Of a DNA stretch of 64,000 nt, positions 50,964-62,406 are shown piece after piece. The position numbers and the translations under genes were made by a program. The notes below the pieces were generated by a model. The model was not told the DNA's origin and did not search any database. It saw only the letters and a list, made by a program, of their open reading frames with translations. Positions within the stretch are counted from its first letter, which is position 1; every line of letters starts with the position of its first letter. The stretch comes from Euprymna scolopes (Eukaryota), in assembly GCA_053919585.1 (NCBI GenBank), contig CM132786.1; one strand, written 5' to 3'.

Positions 50964-51560
50964 ACAGAGTAAAACGATAAATTTGCTGCCATAAAGAAAA
51001 CAACATTATAGATAGATTTTAAACCTTTTATTCAAAAATTAAATTTAGGTAACTTTATTATGTAGTACATCTGGCATCTATTCAATGTAGCCACCATTCA
51101 GCCTCAATCGCCGCCTCGATACAAGTCCGAAAATGGAAGCATAACTTTTCCACAAGCGCCGGCGGGAGCTTAATACTCGACGGATGGTGGCGATCAGACT
51201 GGGTTTGGTGTGGAGGAAAGTTATGTCTGTGATGTTCTCGACGTATGACCAAACGAAACAATCCAGCGGATTCATATCGGCGGAAGAGGGGCCAATGATA
51301 GAAGGATACAAAGTAGTCTCACTCCTTCTGAAGCCAAGCCTGGGTTTTTTGGACTTGTGAGTCCTGCTGCTAAACTTAGGGCCTGCTATTGACTACCTGA
51401 TGCACCAGTCGATCACCACACACTAAGCACTTCGGTGTTGACTTTCAAGCTGACCTCCAATATGTGAGGTGGCATGATGTGACCCTCACTTGAAACCACA
51501 GCAACGTCACAACTGAGACCATAAGCTTTGTTTTCATCACTCTGACCATGCATTCCAGCA
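50964..51560 (-). mobile_element. maT/DD37D-like element, 3' half
   Basis: PSSADMNPLDCFVWSYVENIT..GGYIE*; TIR-like TACAGAGTAAAACGATAAA. Confidence 0.85.
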
Positions 51561-51783
51561 TGAGAACGCTCGGACGTGCATTTCGATAGCGATACATAGT
51601 CTTAGATATTTGTTTATTTTGTGTCTGTAAATTCACCAAACTGAAACGAGATATTTTATGTTTAGTAATAAAATAAGTTTATTGTTTATTGATTATCTTC
51701 ATAAAAATATATTGTGATGTCAATTGTCTTTCAAAGGTACATTCATATATATATTCAGGTTTTTGCTAATTACTAGTTTTACC

Positions 51784-51869
<86 letters not shown>

Positions 51870-53585
51870 ATTTCGTGTAAGAACTTTTAACACAGCTTTT
51901 GTCTTATTCTCTGGCATAAAATATCAGTTCCATCTCAATACCCTAACAGCTATAACATTTATATCTCCCCTTGCTCATAGATAAATTTTTGCGCCAACTA
52001 CCCAAATAGTTTTATTGCGGTTAAAATTTGCTCTTTGAAATCTTTCATTAAACTAATTATCATAACATTGTTCCGAGTTCTATGATTCATTCATCTCTTG
52101 ATTGTTCGGTTACTTTTAACTAAATTATTTTAGATAACGCTAGTTAATCTTACCCTTTGTTTAATATACAGCCTATTTTGCCTCTTAACGGCTCAACTCT
52201 TCTTTGGCTATTATTATTGACGGCAATTTCGGCCTATTTTTTCTCTTAAGTGCTCGGTCACTTTTGACGAGATTATTCGATACAATACATGGCTGACACC
52301 TGAATAAACAGGTTAAAGGCATTACATCTGCGCCGAATTAATCGGATATTAACGTTATACAAAACTTATTGCTTTTCCTTCTTGTCATGTCACAATAAAA
52401 ATATCATTAAGCATCTGCAGATCTGCTATCTAATGTGAACATTGTTTATTTACTCACTATTCTCTAATTTATGCTATCCTTTAAACTTCTTTATATGTAA
52501 ACCGACTCACTAAATTCAGTCACTAACTTCAATATCTAGATTACGTGCATACCCTGAAAATTTGATCCTTTGTTCAAATTCTGTTGAAAACTTAAGAATA
52601 ATTCGTGGCTATGTATATCTTCCATCTTTATAATCGAGAACTTCGAGCATGCCAAATATTTAATTACTTATTACCTGCGACCATTCGTTATAAAGATTAT
52701 CAGTTACCAATAATAATTTCATGACCAGTGTCCTACCTCACCGTCACACAGTTTTTTTTTATTTCCAAATTAAAACTATTTAACATTTTCATATTCCAGT
52801 GTTTAATATTTATCTGAATCAACCCAGAAGAATACCGACAAACGCACAGTGAAAAATTACGCAGATTAAGCAAAATTATTGATAAGTTGCTCAAAATGAG
52901 CGTGTCTTCTCTTTTTCAGTATATTATATTTAAAAAAAAAATAAAAAAAATACAATGCAATCATATTTAATGGCATGATTAATAGTCGTTTATAAAAGAC
53001 TCATGAGCTTAGAAAAAGTTACTACTCTTTATAGAAATGAAGTCAGACTTATTTTTATTTTTTAGAAATTACATTTGTACTTACGTTTGCTTTTTCACAC
53101 GTTATAATTGTTTACACATTTATTCCGGTCTTGCGAAACCTCCAGCCATTTTTATAATTTTAAAGCTTTAGTAATTGATAACAATAAAACTGCAAAATAA
53201 AATATATACACGTATGTGACTTTATTTATAAGATTTATTTTTTCTTTTTCTAATGTTACAAAAGAAAAAGACGCCAGTAAAGCACAACATTTACTGTCTG
53301 TAAAAGTATTCTCAACTAACAAAATTATCTCTAACTGATTATTTCTAAAAATAAATAACTTTTTTATTCTTAAAAAATTAAGAACGGTTTTAAATTATTC
53401 ATAAAATATAAGATATGCGCAAAGACAGCTTTTGTTTTATTTTAACTTATTGCGCAATAAGTTATTGAAAGTATGTAATTATTTCGGACAATACATACAT
53501 ACACACATACACGCGGATTTTCTCTCTCTCTCTCTCGCACACATACACACACAGATGTATATATATATATATATGTGTGTGTGTG

Positions 53586-53618
<33 letters not shown>

Positions 53619-53973
53619 TTTCAAACATACATTATTATATACAACGGAGATAATTTGCATTATGTATAATTTTTACAATTTTCCGTAAATATTTTTATAT
53701 CAATATTGAAAATATTTATGAAATTTCCATAGTTATCATGAGCGCTTTCCTTTTGACTACGAATCAGCTTTTTGTGGAATTCATGGAGTTGTTGAGGTCA
53801 AAGTTAATAGGAACGAAAATAATAATGGCTATAGGATTTTAATTAATATTTTCGATTTTGATATATAAGAAAATAATTAATGGGAATCGAAAAAGTAGAA
53901 AGAATTATATAGTAAAGTATCTCTGTTGTATTGAACAATATTAATTGGAATAATAAAATGTTGTAGAAATATA

Positions 53974-54008
<35 letters not shown>

Positions 54009-54029
54009 ACATATATATATATATTATTA

Positions 54030-54775
54030 CATTTTCACCCCAAACAAGGAACATTGACACTTTGATGTAGGGGGCTACTATCAGGGACATAATCTACAGG
54101 GGTACTAGGTGAGGAGTTGGGCACTAAGATGTCGGTTCACGTTACACTTGAACTTCTGCATGTCAGTACAGTTGGGGAAGCAGGAACCCGGAAGGGAATT
54201 CTAAAATCTAGCGGTTCTGGGGTAGAGACTACTGGAGTAGAAGGCTCTCTTACATCTAGGGATCTCAACTGTAAAGGGCGAGATTTTGCTGCTTGTCGAG
54301 TTTGTCGGCGGTACTTACGTCAAGGAGGTACAAGTGCTTGCAGTTTGTCGGAGCATTCATTGTTAAAGTACTTGTAGAACAGGCAGAGACATGCTACATT
54401 TCGTCGATGGGATAGTGGCTGAAGCTTAAATGACAGTTCAGGACCTATTAGATTGGCGACTCCCTTTTGAACCTTGTCTAGGAGTGAAAGACTAGTAGCA
54501 GATGCACCAGCACAAATATGGCAACAATACTCCATACATGGGCGAATGGTGGCCTTATAGTGGTACAGAGCGTTAGTAACTTTCTAGCACGGTAGAGAGA
54601 ACCTACCTTTATCGCAATGGTCCTAGCAATGCTCTCAATGTAATTTTCCAACTCATGTTTACTGCGATGTACTTTCAGATAAAGAGTCTTTGGCCATTAC
54701 TATTGGTTGAAGAGAATTTTTCTTGTAATTATTGAAGAAAACAAGTTTAGTCTTGGCAGCATTGAATATGACCAT

Positions 54776-54778
<3 letters not shown>
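54030..54778 (-). mobile_element. 3' fragment of LINE family B
   Basis: WMVIFNAAKTK, MEYCCHICAGAS..LQPLSHRRNVACL; tail ttttcaccccaaac. Confidence 0.9.
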
Positions 54779-54840
<62 letters not shown>

Positions 54841-56213
54841 ATAGATGGAAGGTTATAAATTCCAAGATAAAAGTAAACATATTGCTAGAAAATTATATGT
54901 AAACTGGGCAAGTACTTAACAAAATAGGAAATAAAAACCCGAGTATTTAATATAAAACGCTTTACTAGTACAAACGCATTTTCATGGAATGAATTATGTT
55001 TTTGTTTACATAGAATAATAGTAGCGAATCCGTATGTTATTTGTAAAATAGTTTTCAGGTTTAAACATTATCCTTCGAACATTGCATTATAAGAATGCAG
55101 CAGTTAACAAGAGCAATTGCCTGCTTCCAGAAATTCAAAACGTATATTTTTCCCTATTTTAAATTATTTCTAAAGTAATTAGATGGCGAATATGTGATAA
55201 ATTTCAGAGTCAAATACAATGGCTTATTCTTTCGATTCGGTTGCATCCCGAATTCACTTTATTTAACGCCATTTTTATTGCTCGTAAAAATCTAAATAAA
55301 TCGGGTTCTCTTTAAAAACACAGACGGAAAGTCTATTCATGCAAGAGAAAGGCAATTTGCATGAAATGAATTAATGTATTACAAATGGAAGAATAATTTA
55401 AAAATAAATTTAATGTTAAATGAAAATCGATTAATGTTTTTTCTTAAATCAACATATTTTTAATTTCTATATCCATGAAACGCATATGCACAAAAATTAG
55501 ATACTCTCGAGAATTGCATCTTAAAAAAACATAATATTAAAGTGTATGAAATAAAGTTCAACCGCATTAATGTGAAATTATAAGAAAATATTAAGTAATT
55601 AAATAGTTTGCTATTACACACGTGAACTGAACTAATGTCTTGTATGTGCTAGAGGAATTTCAAAGTCAGACTCCAAGAATCTTCAGTATGACAGCCGAAC
55701 CAAAACTCTTAACGTTTTCTCATTTGAGCGTCGACAATTGTCTCAATTTAACTGCAACCTCGTCAATGATCATTACATACTATAGTTTATTTCTGAACTA
55801 GAACAAAAGTCTACGCAGACACTACAAGAAATTATTTCATCACCGATTTGGATTAATACGGAGGCTGCACACTTTCTCAATAGCGACCTCAGAATAGACG
55901 TCCGGGATGAATTTGGGCAGATATTGGGCTACTTTACTCTCTTTAATATAATTTCTAACAATATTTTCTGACATGGCAATTGCAGAAGTCTTATATTTTT
56001 TGTCAAATGACTTGAATTATGAATGAATTTAATAAATTCCTTTTTCCAAACAAGCTTCATCGCGGCCTTCATTTCATATAGAATACAATTTTACACCCGT
56101 ATGACAGATGAGTGACACGAAAGCTGATCAAAAAAAGAGAACGGAACACGTTTTTGACTCTTTTGACGGAGCCTGCATTGTCATTTAAAAAAATGGTTAC
56201 CATTAATGTTTGC

Positions 56214-56875
56214 AGAAACATATTTGTCATTGAATTTACCTCACACGTTCTTCTTCACTGCAAACAGTCTCTCTTATAGGCATGATGTTGCTAGTCTAAG
56301 TCATTTCAATAAACACTATTATGACACGTGCTCTTCAGAATTATTTGATCTATTCTCTGCATCCTTTGTTCCAGCTCGTTTGACTCGTTGTTCTAATGGT
56401 TTCCTTTCTAATCGTTTTCTTTTTTTATCTCATTGTAATACAACTTCCTATTCCACCTAGAAAAGCGTCATATGAAACTGGCAAGACTCGCTAACCATCT
56501 AACCTTTCTGTAGTTCGATACAAAACACCTGACGAAGGCCGGAGGGCAAAACGGCCGAAACGTTGTGACAATAACAACCAAGATGAGGAAGTCAGTCCGA
56601 CAATCTCAATCAATGAAACCACCTCATCTCAAAAATACAGACAATTATAGAAACATATTTGTCATTGAATTTACCTCACACGTTCTTCTTCACTGCAAAC
56701 AGTCTCTCTTATAGACATGATGTTGCTAAGTCATTTCAATAAACACTATTATGGTACGAATTATTTGATCTATTCTCTGCATCCTTTGTTCCAGCTCGTT
56801 TGACTCGTTCTTCTAATGGTTTCCTTTCTAATTGTTTTCTTTTTTTATCTCATTGTAATACAATTTCCTATTCCA
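56214..56875 (+). repeat. About 240-bp direct duplication of an old LINE remnant flanking a 193-bp HHR-bearing insert (56456-56648)
   Basis: 56214-56455 matches 56649-56875 (SLSYRHDVASL..FFPRSGRLCNTLP remnant). Confidence 0.88.
56526..56567 (+). ncRNA. Minimal Penelope-type hammerhead motif
   Basis: cac-CUGACGA-a-ggccg(gagggcaaaa)cggcc-GAAA-cg-UU-gtg; stem III can form only as a dimer. Confidence 0.65.
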
Positions 56876-57169
56876 GTAACTTCTTCCCAAGGAGTGGAAG
56901 GTTATGTAATACTCTCCCTGCTCACTTTTTTCTACATACACCATTAGTATTTTCAAAACTAAGGAACCGCCTGCCTTTGCGATGATCATCGTTCGTTCTT
57001 GTAATCTCGGTGTGCTTTTTTTGCTAAGCGAGTTTGCCGGAAGTATATACGTCGAGGATGCACAAGTTCAACGATTTAATCAGAGCATATTCTATTAAAA
57101 TGCTTGTAAAATATGAACAGGGGTTGGAACTTAGTTGACAAAGTGGGAGCGATTAGATTGAAAACTCTT

Positions 57170-57400
57170 TTGTGGACCCTATCCAAGAGGGAGAAACTAG
57201 TGGTAGATGCACCAGCCCAGATGTGGTAACAATACTTCATGCATAGGCGAATGGTGGCCTTGTAAAGTACAAAATACTCTCTCGTGTGATTAGTTGTCTA
57301 GCACGATAGAGAGAACCTACCTTCTTTGCAGCAGCCTTCGCAATGTCTCTAATGTATTTGTTCCAATTAATATTGTCCGTGAATGTAATGTTAAGTCGAT
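57170..57400 (-). mobile_element. LINE family B-like internal fragment
   Basis: LYKATIRLCMKYCYHIWAGAS; homologous to 54470-54650. Confidence 0.75.
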
Positions 57401-58072
57401 AAGTTTGAAGGAAGATTTCTCAGGTAGGATGCTATTAGTCATGGATATCGGTGGTTGGAGAGGTAAAGGGGAGCAATTGCCCCACAACAAAAATCAGATA
57501 AAACACACTAAAAATTGGAAGAAAAACAGAAGTTTCACACAAAAAAAAATCAGGAGAAAGGCAGTAACATAAACAACAAATTGAATTCCAACAGCTTACA
57601 CTTTAGAAAAATTAACTACACCAAATCCAACTGGAGGATTATTTATAAATTCATTTAATGGCTATAAAAACTCTGAAAAGCACACTATTTACCCAATACA
57701 CAATCTACAAATCAAACATTTTAATAAGTAGCAGAGAACGGGAAAACATTCAAGACCTTTTACAAGGGCTATGAAGATATTATCAACGTCGACTGTGATA
57801 AATTGCCCAGTAACAAAAGTGCAGTTCTATAAAGAAAACGGGTAATTGCCGAACATAGTAGTTTCTGAACTTAATATTACCAACGATTTTTCAGAGAATA
57901 ATAAGCTTTTATCTGAACTATTCAAGCCGAACACAACCTTGTTCCATAAAAGTTAGAAACGCTTGATTTTAGTCAAGTGCAACCAGCAAATAGTACTCAA
58001 GTTTTAAGAATTTACCTCTTAAAATGGCGAAATAATTATAAATTGTTAATACTAATTTTTGATACATGCAGG

Positions 58073-58108
58073 TACACGTGTTTCATGCTTTCGCAATCAT
58101 CAGTGTAG
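58073..58108 (-). ncRNA. Hammerhead core lacking its 3' stem I strand
   Basis: Reverse complement ctaca-CUGAUGA-ttgc(gaaa)gcat-GAAA-cacgtg-UA. Confidence 0.6.
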
Positions 58109-58521
58109 GAAGTGAGGATTTCTGGTGACCGAAGGTATCGAATACCCTACGAAGCCATTTTAAACTTTAGCTAGGAACTTTACGCCTGACCTATTATCAA
58201 CCGCCACGCAGTTTAAGAGAAAATTTAAGAGTTTTAAGGGCAAACTTTATCAAGACGTTATAAAATGATCGGACGACCTGAAATCGCGATCTCGCACAAA
58301 GCAAACCGATCACATTTTATTTTTCAGGCAGTGCTTAACTTTTTAGAACTTAATCTTTAAAGGTGCGAAAAATTATGATTTATAAATAATAATATTTTAT
58401 ACATACGGACACTACTCAGTCATGCTTTCGCGACCACACACACACACACACACATGCACACAGATATATGTGTGTGTATATATATGTATATATATATATA
58501 TATATACCATGTCTGTTGGTA

Positions 58522-58635
58522 TGTCTGTTCGTTTTTCTGCCTTTCACTCTCTTTATACATTCATAGATGTATATATATATATATATACATGTATGAATGT
58601 ATAAAGAGAGTGAAAGGCAGAAAAACGAACAGGCA
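58522..58635. repeat. Palindrome centred on (TA)n
   Basis: ctgttcgtttttctgcctttcactctctttatacattcata-(TA)n-tatgaatgtataaagagagtgaaaggcagaaaaacgaacag. Confidence 0.92.
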
Positions 58636-59306
58636 AACAGACAAACAGACAAACAGAAAGAGAGAGAAATAAGGAAAGAAGAGAAGCAGACAAACAGACA
58701 TGTACATCTTACACATTTAATTTGTACATAGATGTGGAATACTGAATTGATTTCCAACAGTAAAACTCACCGCTGCAAATGTAAAATTCTTGAAAATCCT
58801 TTGCATTTTATTAAAAGAAGCCCTTATGGAAATAGTATAAGTCGATTGCCCATTGCGTTCATACAGGAGATTCTCTGCTCATCCATAATAAGTAAGTCGA
58901 TATACGCGTTCCATATGATATTTGCTCTCTTAAGTGGTTGTAAATCATGCAAACATTTGCTATCTCTATTGCTATCGCAACGTTAAAATGAATAGAAACG
59001 TATATTAAAGAAGTTTAGGTTTTAGACATAAACTGAAGCAAATACGGATAGAATAGTGGAACATGTTATGCAGTTTCATCATTAATCATGCAAAACATAC
59101 GCATATATATATATATATATATATATATGCATATGTCAGTCCCTTTAAGAAACACGTTTCTTATCGTTAAGCACTTTCAGTTGAAATAAAGTCGGTCAAT
59201 TTAGCTCATATGCTCAGATAATCATATAATGATTAGATCACTCAGACAGACGTTAAACACATTTAAAAATATGTTTCAATTTCAATCAGCATTTCTCGCT
59301 GTTGAT

Positions 59307-59372
59307 GGTGGCCAATTGAATTAAACCCTTTCTAATGGAGTCAGAGATAGCTTCTGTTGCCGCGTTCGAATC
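59307..59372 (+). promoter_or_regulatory. Degenerate tRNA-like A/B boxes upstream of a hammerhead
   Basis: GGTGGCCAATTG ... GTTCGAATC. Confidence 0.45.
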
Positions 59373-59397
59373 TATCGACCAGTGTAAATCGTGACAC

Positions 59398-59443
59398 CCT
59401 TTACTGATGAATCCCGAAAGAATGAAACACTAGTGTCTCTAGG
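59398..59443 (+). ncRNA. Type I hammerhead, core intact, stems partly decayed
   Basis: CUGAUGA-atcc(cgaaa)gaat-GAAA-cactagtg-UC-tctagg; palindromic stem III, GUC site. Confidence 0.75.
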
Positions 59444-59475
59444 AATTTAATACTTTTCATAGTAAATAATTATAG

Positions 59476-59533
<58 letters not shown>

Positions 59534-59663
59534 CTACTTAATTTACTCACATAAAATTAATATACGAAAGTATAGATTTATGCGTAAACTTTAAGTATTT
59601 ACTTCAAAAGTTCTCAATACGTCGGTAGAGCTAGTTAGTAATTTATAAAATGTATATGACGAT

Positions 59664-59716
59664 TAAGCTACACTGAATACTCTGCGTTTCATCCACTCTG
59701 GGACTCTTCAGGCTTA
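59664..59716 (-). ncRNA. Type I hammerhead ribozyme, intact core
   Basis: Reverse complement taagc-CUGAAGA-gtcc(cagagt)ggat-GAAA-cgc(agagtattca)gtg-UA-gctta. Confidence 0.85.
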
Positions 59717-60206
59717 TGAATAATATATATATATATATATATATTCTGAATCAAATATATATATATATATATATTTGATTCAGAATAGTTTACATGTAAT
59801 ATATAGCGTCAGGTAGTCAGGTATCAAATCCGTGTTACAAAATTACTGGTAAAACTTCTTTTTGTTCGACTTTCAGATGTGCATGATGCATCTATTATAC
59901 AGTTTATTTGTTTTTCAATTACATCTTGAATTTCTCAAGTTATGTCTATCTTTTCTATCTCTTAATTGCATTGCCTTCTCAAACCTAAATTACGTCGATT
60001 AAATATTACTTTAAATAAACTAAATACATATCTTAAATTGACAAGTGTTTGTAGATAATCTACCGATGGAATTGGTTCCGAGAAGCAGCTACATATTTAC
60101 TACAAACGACATGCAGGGCATACGTTGGTTTTAGAATTATATATGACAAAACCTTGAATAACTCAATTGAATTATTTTTTTTATTTTATTTTATTTATTT
60201 ATTTAA

Positions 60207-60386
60207 TTTTTTTACACAGTGATCACCACTTATCAAGGCCCGGAAGCCACTCAGGGATAAGGGTTATTGCAAGTACATTACGTTAGTGTGGAGATTTGCT
60301 GAAGTGTTTAATTATGGGGGCGGTTCATTAGGAATTTGTTAACATTGGACTTGAAGACATCCAAGTTGTAGTCCGGAGGGAAGCAT
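60207..60386 (-). mobile_element. 3' fragment of LINE family A
   Basis: CFPPDYNLDVFKSNVNKFLMNRP plus family A tail. Confidence 0.9.
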
Positions 60387-60869
60387 AGTATTAGTATATA
60401 TATTAAGCAACACGGCTGAATGTTGCTAGGTTCATTCATTCCATGAATATAGTCTAAAATTAGATAGAATACAAAAAATTGTAAGGTTTCAATCACATAT
60501 TGGGATTAGCATGAAATTAAAAAAATGAAGTATTTTAAAACTTAAAACAATATTAATACCCTTTCGAAATGCATGAATAGAGGTTACTATTTCTAAGACG
60601 CCGCAACTGATGACAATTGAAAAATAAAATAGAATAAAACAATTTGATACTGACAATTAAAAATAAAATGGCGGAATATATGTTTAAGATGGTAGATTGT
60701 TATATATCGATGTATAACAGAGTTTAAATCATTACAACTTTTTCCTTTTTTGTTGTATGTCTGCGTATTGAAAATCGTCATTGGAAACGGTTTTCCGGAA
60801 AATTTAATTAATTATATTATTACAAATAAAGTTAAATTTTACAATTCTTCTACAGTCGTTGCCCCCCCC

Positions 60870-61625
60870 CCAAGTGTCCTGTCTACTTAAAAATTCCTTG
60901 GATTGGGGATACCGGTCAGTGTTTTGGTGAACAAATCTGTATCAACTTGTTACCCGTCGGTTGCTCTGCGTTTGGACTTTGGTGACAAGTTAGCATTTCT
61001 CCTAGTTGTTAAGAATTGTTTAACTTACATTACAAAAAATTATATAATTTACAAATTTAATTGTCAGTGTGTTGCTTACTATGTAGGTCAAACCTCCTTA
61101 AAGTTGCTGACTCGAATTAATCAAAATATTCCAGCAACAATTAGATTTGGAAAACTTTGTCACTCTCACCCCTCCGTCTTCCACCTTTGAGTCTGCCATT
61201 GACCAACACTTCAATGAAAATTCAGCGTGTGCCAATGTGTATAAAATTGAGTGTTTTGGAATTTTACACCGGGCTGACCCGGAGAATCACTTGTGGATTT
61301 TGGAATCAGTCTCCATTCTTTCACTGAGCCCCTCTACTCGTCGACAGAAAGAATTTGTGAAGTCATTAGACTTATTTTGGGAGATATTTTAACTCTTCCC
61401 TTTGTCCTTACTATTACATATATGATACATAATTGCAAAGATTTTATTTTATTTGCATTCGCGCCTGTCTTTTTTTTCTCCGTTGATAAAATTTAAACGA
61501 CCACTCCATTAAGTCTCTGCTCTTACGTTATCTTTTATTTATTTTTTTGCATAGTCCAATTATTAACTCTTGATGTGTTTTTTAAGTGAAAGGGCCTCCG
61601 AGGGTGTTGCCGGCTATTTTCTTTA
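60870..61625 (+). mobile_element. Penelope/Poseidon-type PLE: C-terminal GIY-YIG endonuclease remnant plus pseudo-LTR
   Basis: IIYKFNCQCVAYYVGQTS..RINQ / SAIDQHF..LWILESVSI..RQKEF, frameshifted; ends at (TA)n. Confidence 0.85.
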
Positions 61626-61628
61626 AAG

Positions 61629-61698
<70 letters not shown>

Positions 61699-62406
61699 GG
61701 TAGCCATCAAGTCCGCGTGCATTATAACTTTATTTGCATTTACCATTAAAAATATTTTTAAAAAATGCAAAGAAAATTATAAATTTTTTTAATTTATGTG
61801 AATTTTATGGAGACCCTATGTCTCATTTATATATCAATACGATAGCCTGTGTGTTATTTTATGTGTCACTGTTACATCCGAGTGACTGTCGTTTAATTGT
61901 TATATGTGACCATCAATGTATGAATGAGTCCCCTGTGGATTTTCCACAGACCCCGCTAGTTTATAATATATGCAATTCAAATATCCAGGATCATTATCTT
62001 ATTAATTAAGAACTGTAGTTAACGTTCGTCAAAAATACATAAACATAAATGTTGATACAAAGAAAATGTAACAAACGAAGAATTTGCAAAATGTAATAAA
62101 ATCGTAGGAATTTGTCTTTCTATTCTCATGGTATTGGAAGCGTTCCAATGTTTTCAGAGCCGTTTTTAGAGATAAACTAATTCAATAAACGAAAATAGCA
62201 GGAATAGAATGAATCTGTCAAATGAGAATAAATGAAAATCGAAACAGTCAAACTGCTACAGCACAAACTTGATTTTGGCAACTTTAATTAAAAACGAAAG
62301 ATCTATTAGATACTTTTGAATATATTGACGTGCTCATATAGTTGTTGCATCCAGCAGGTTATTGACAGGGGTTCCATATTTTATACTACAGTTATCATAG
62401 GTAATA

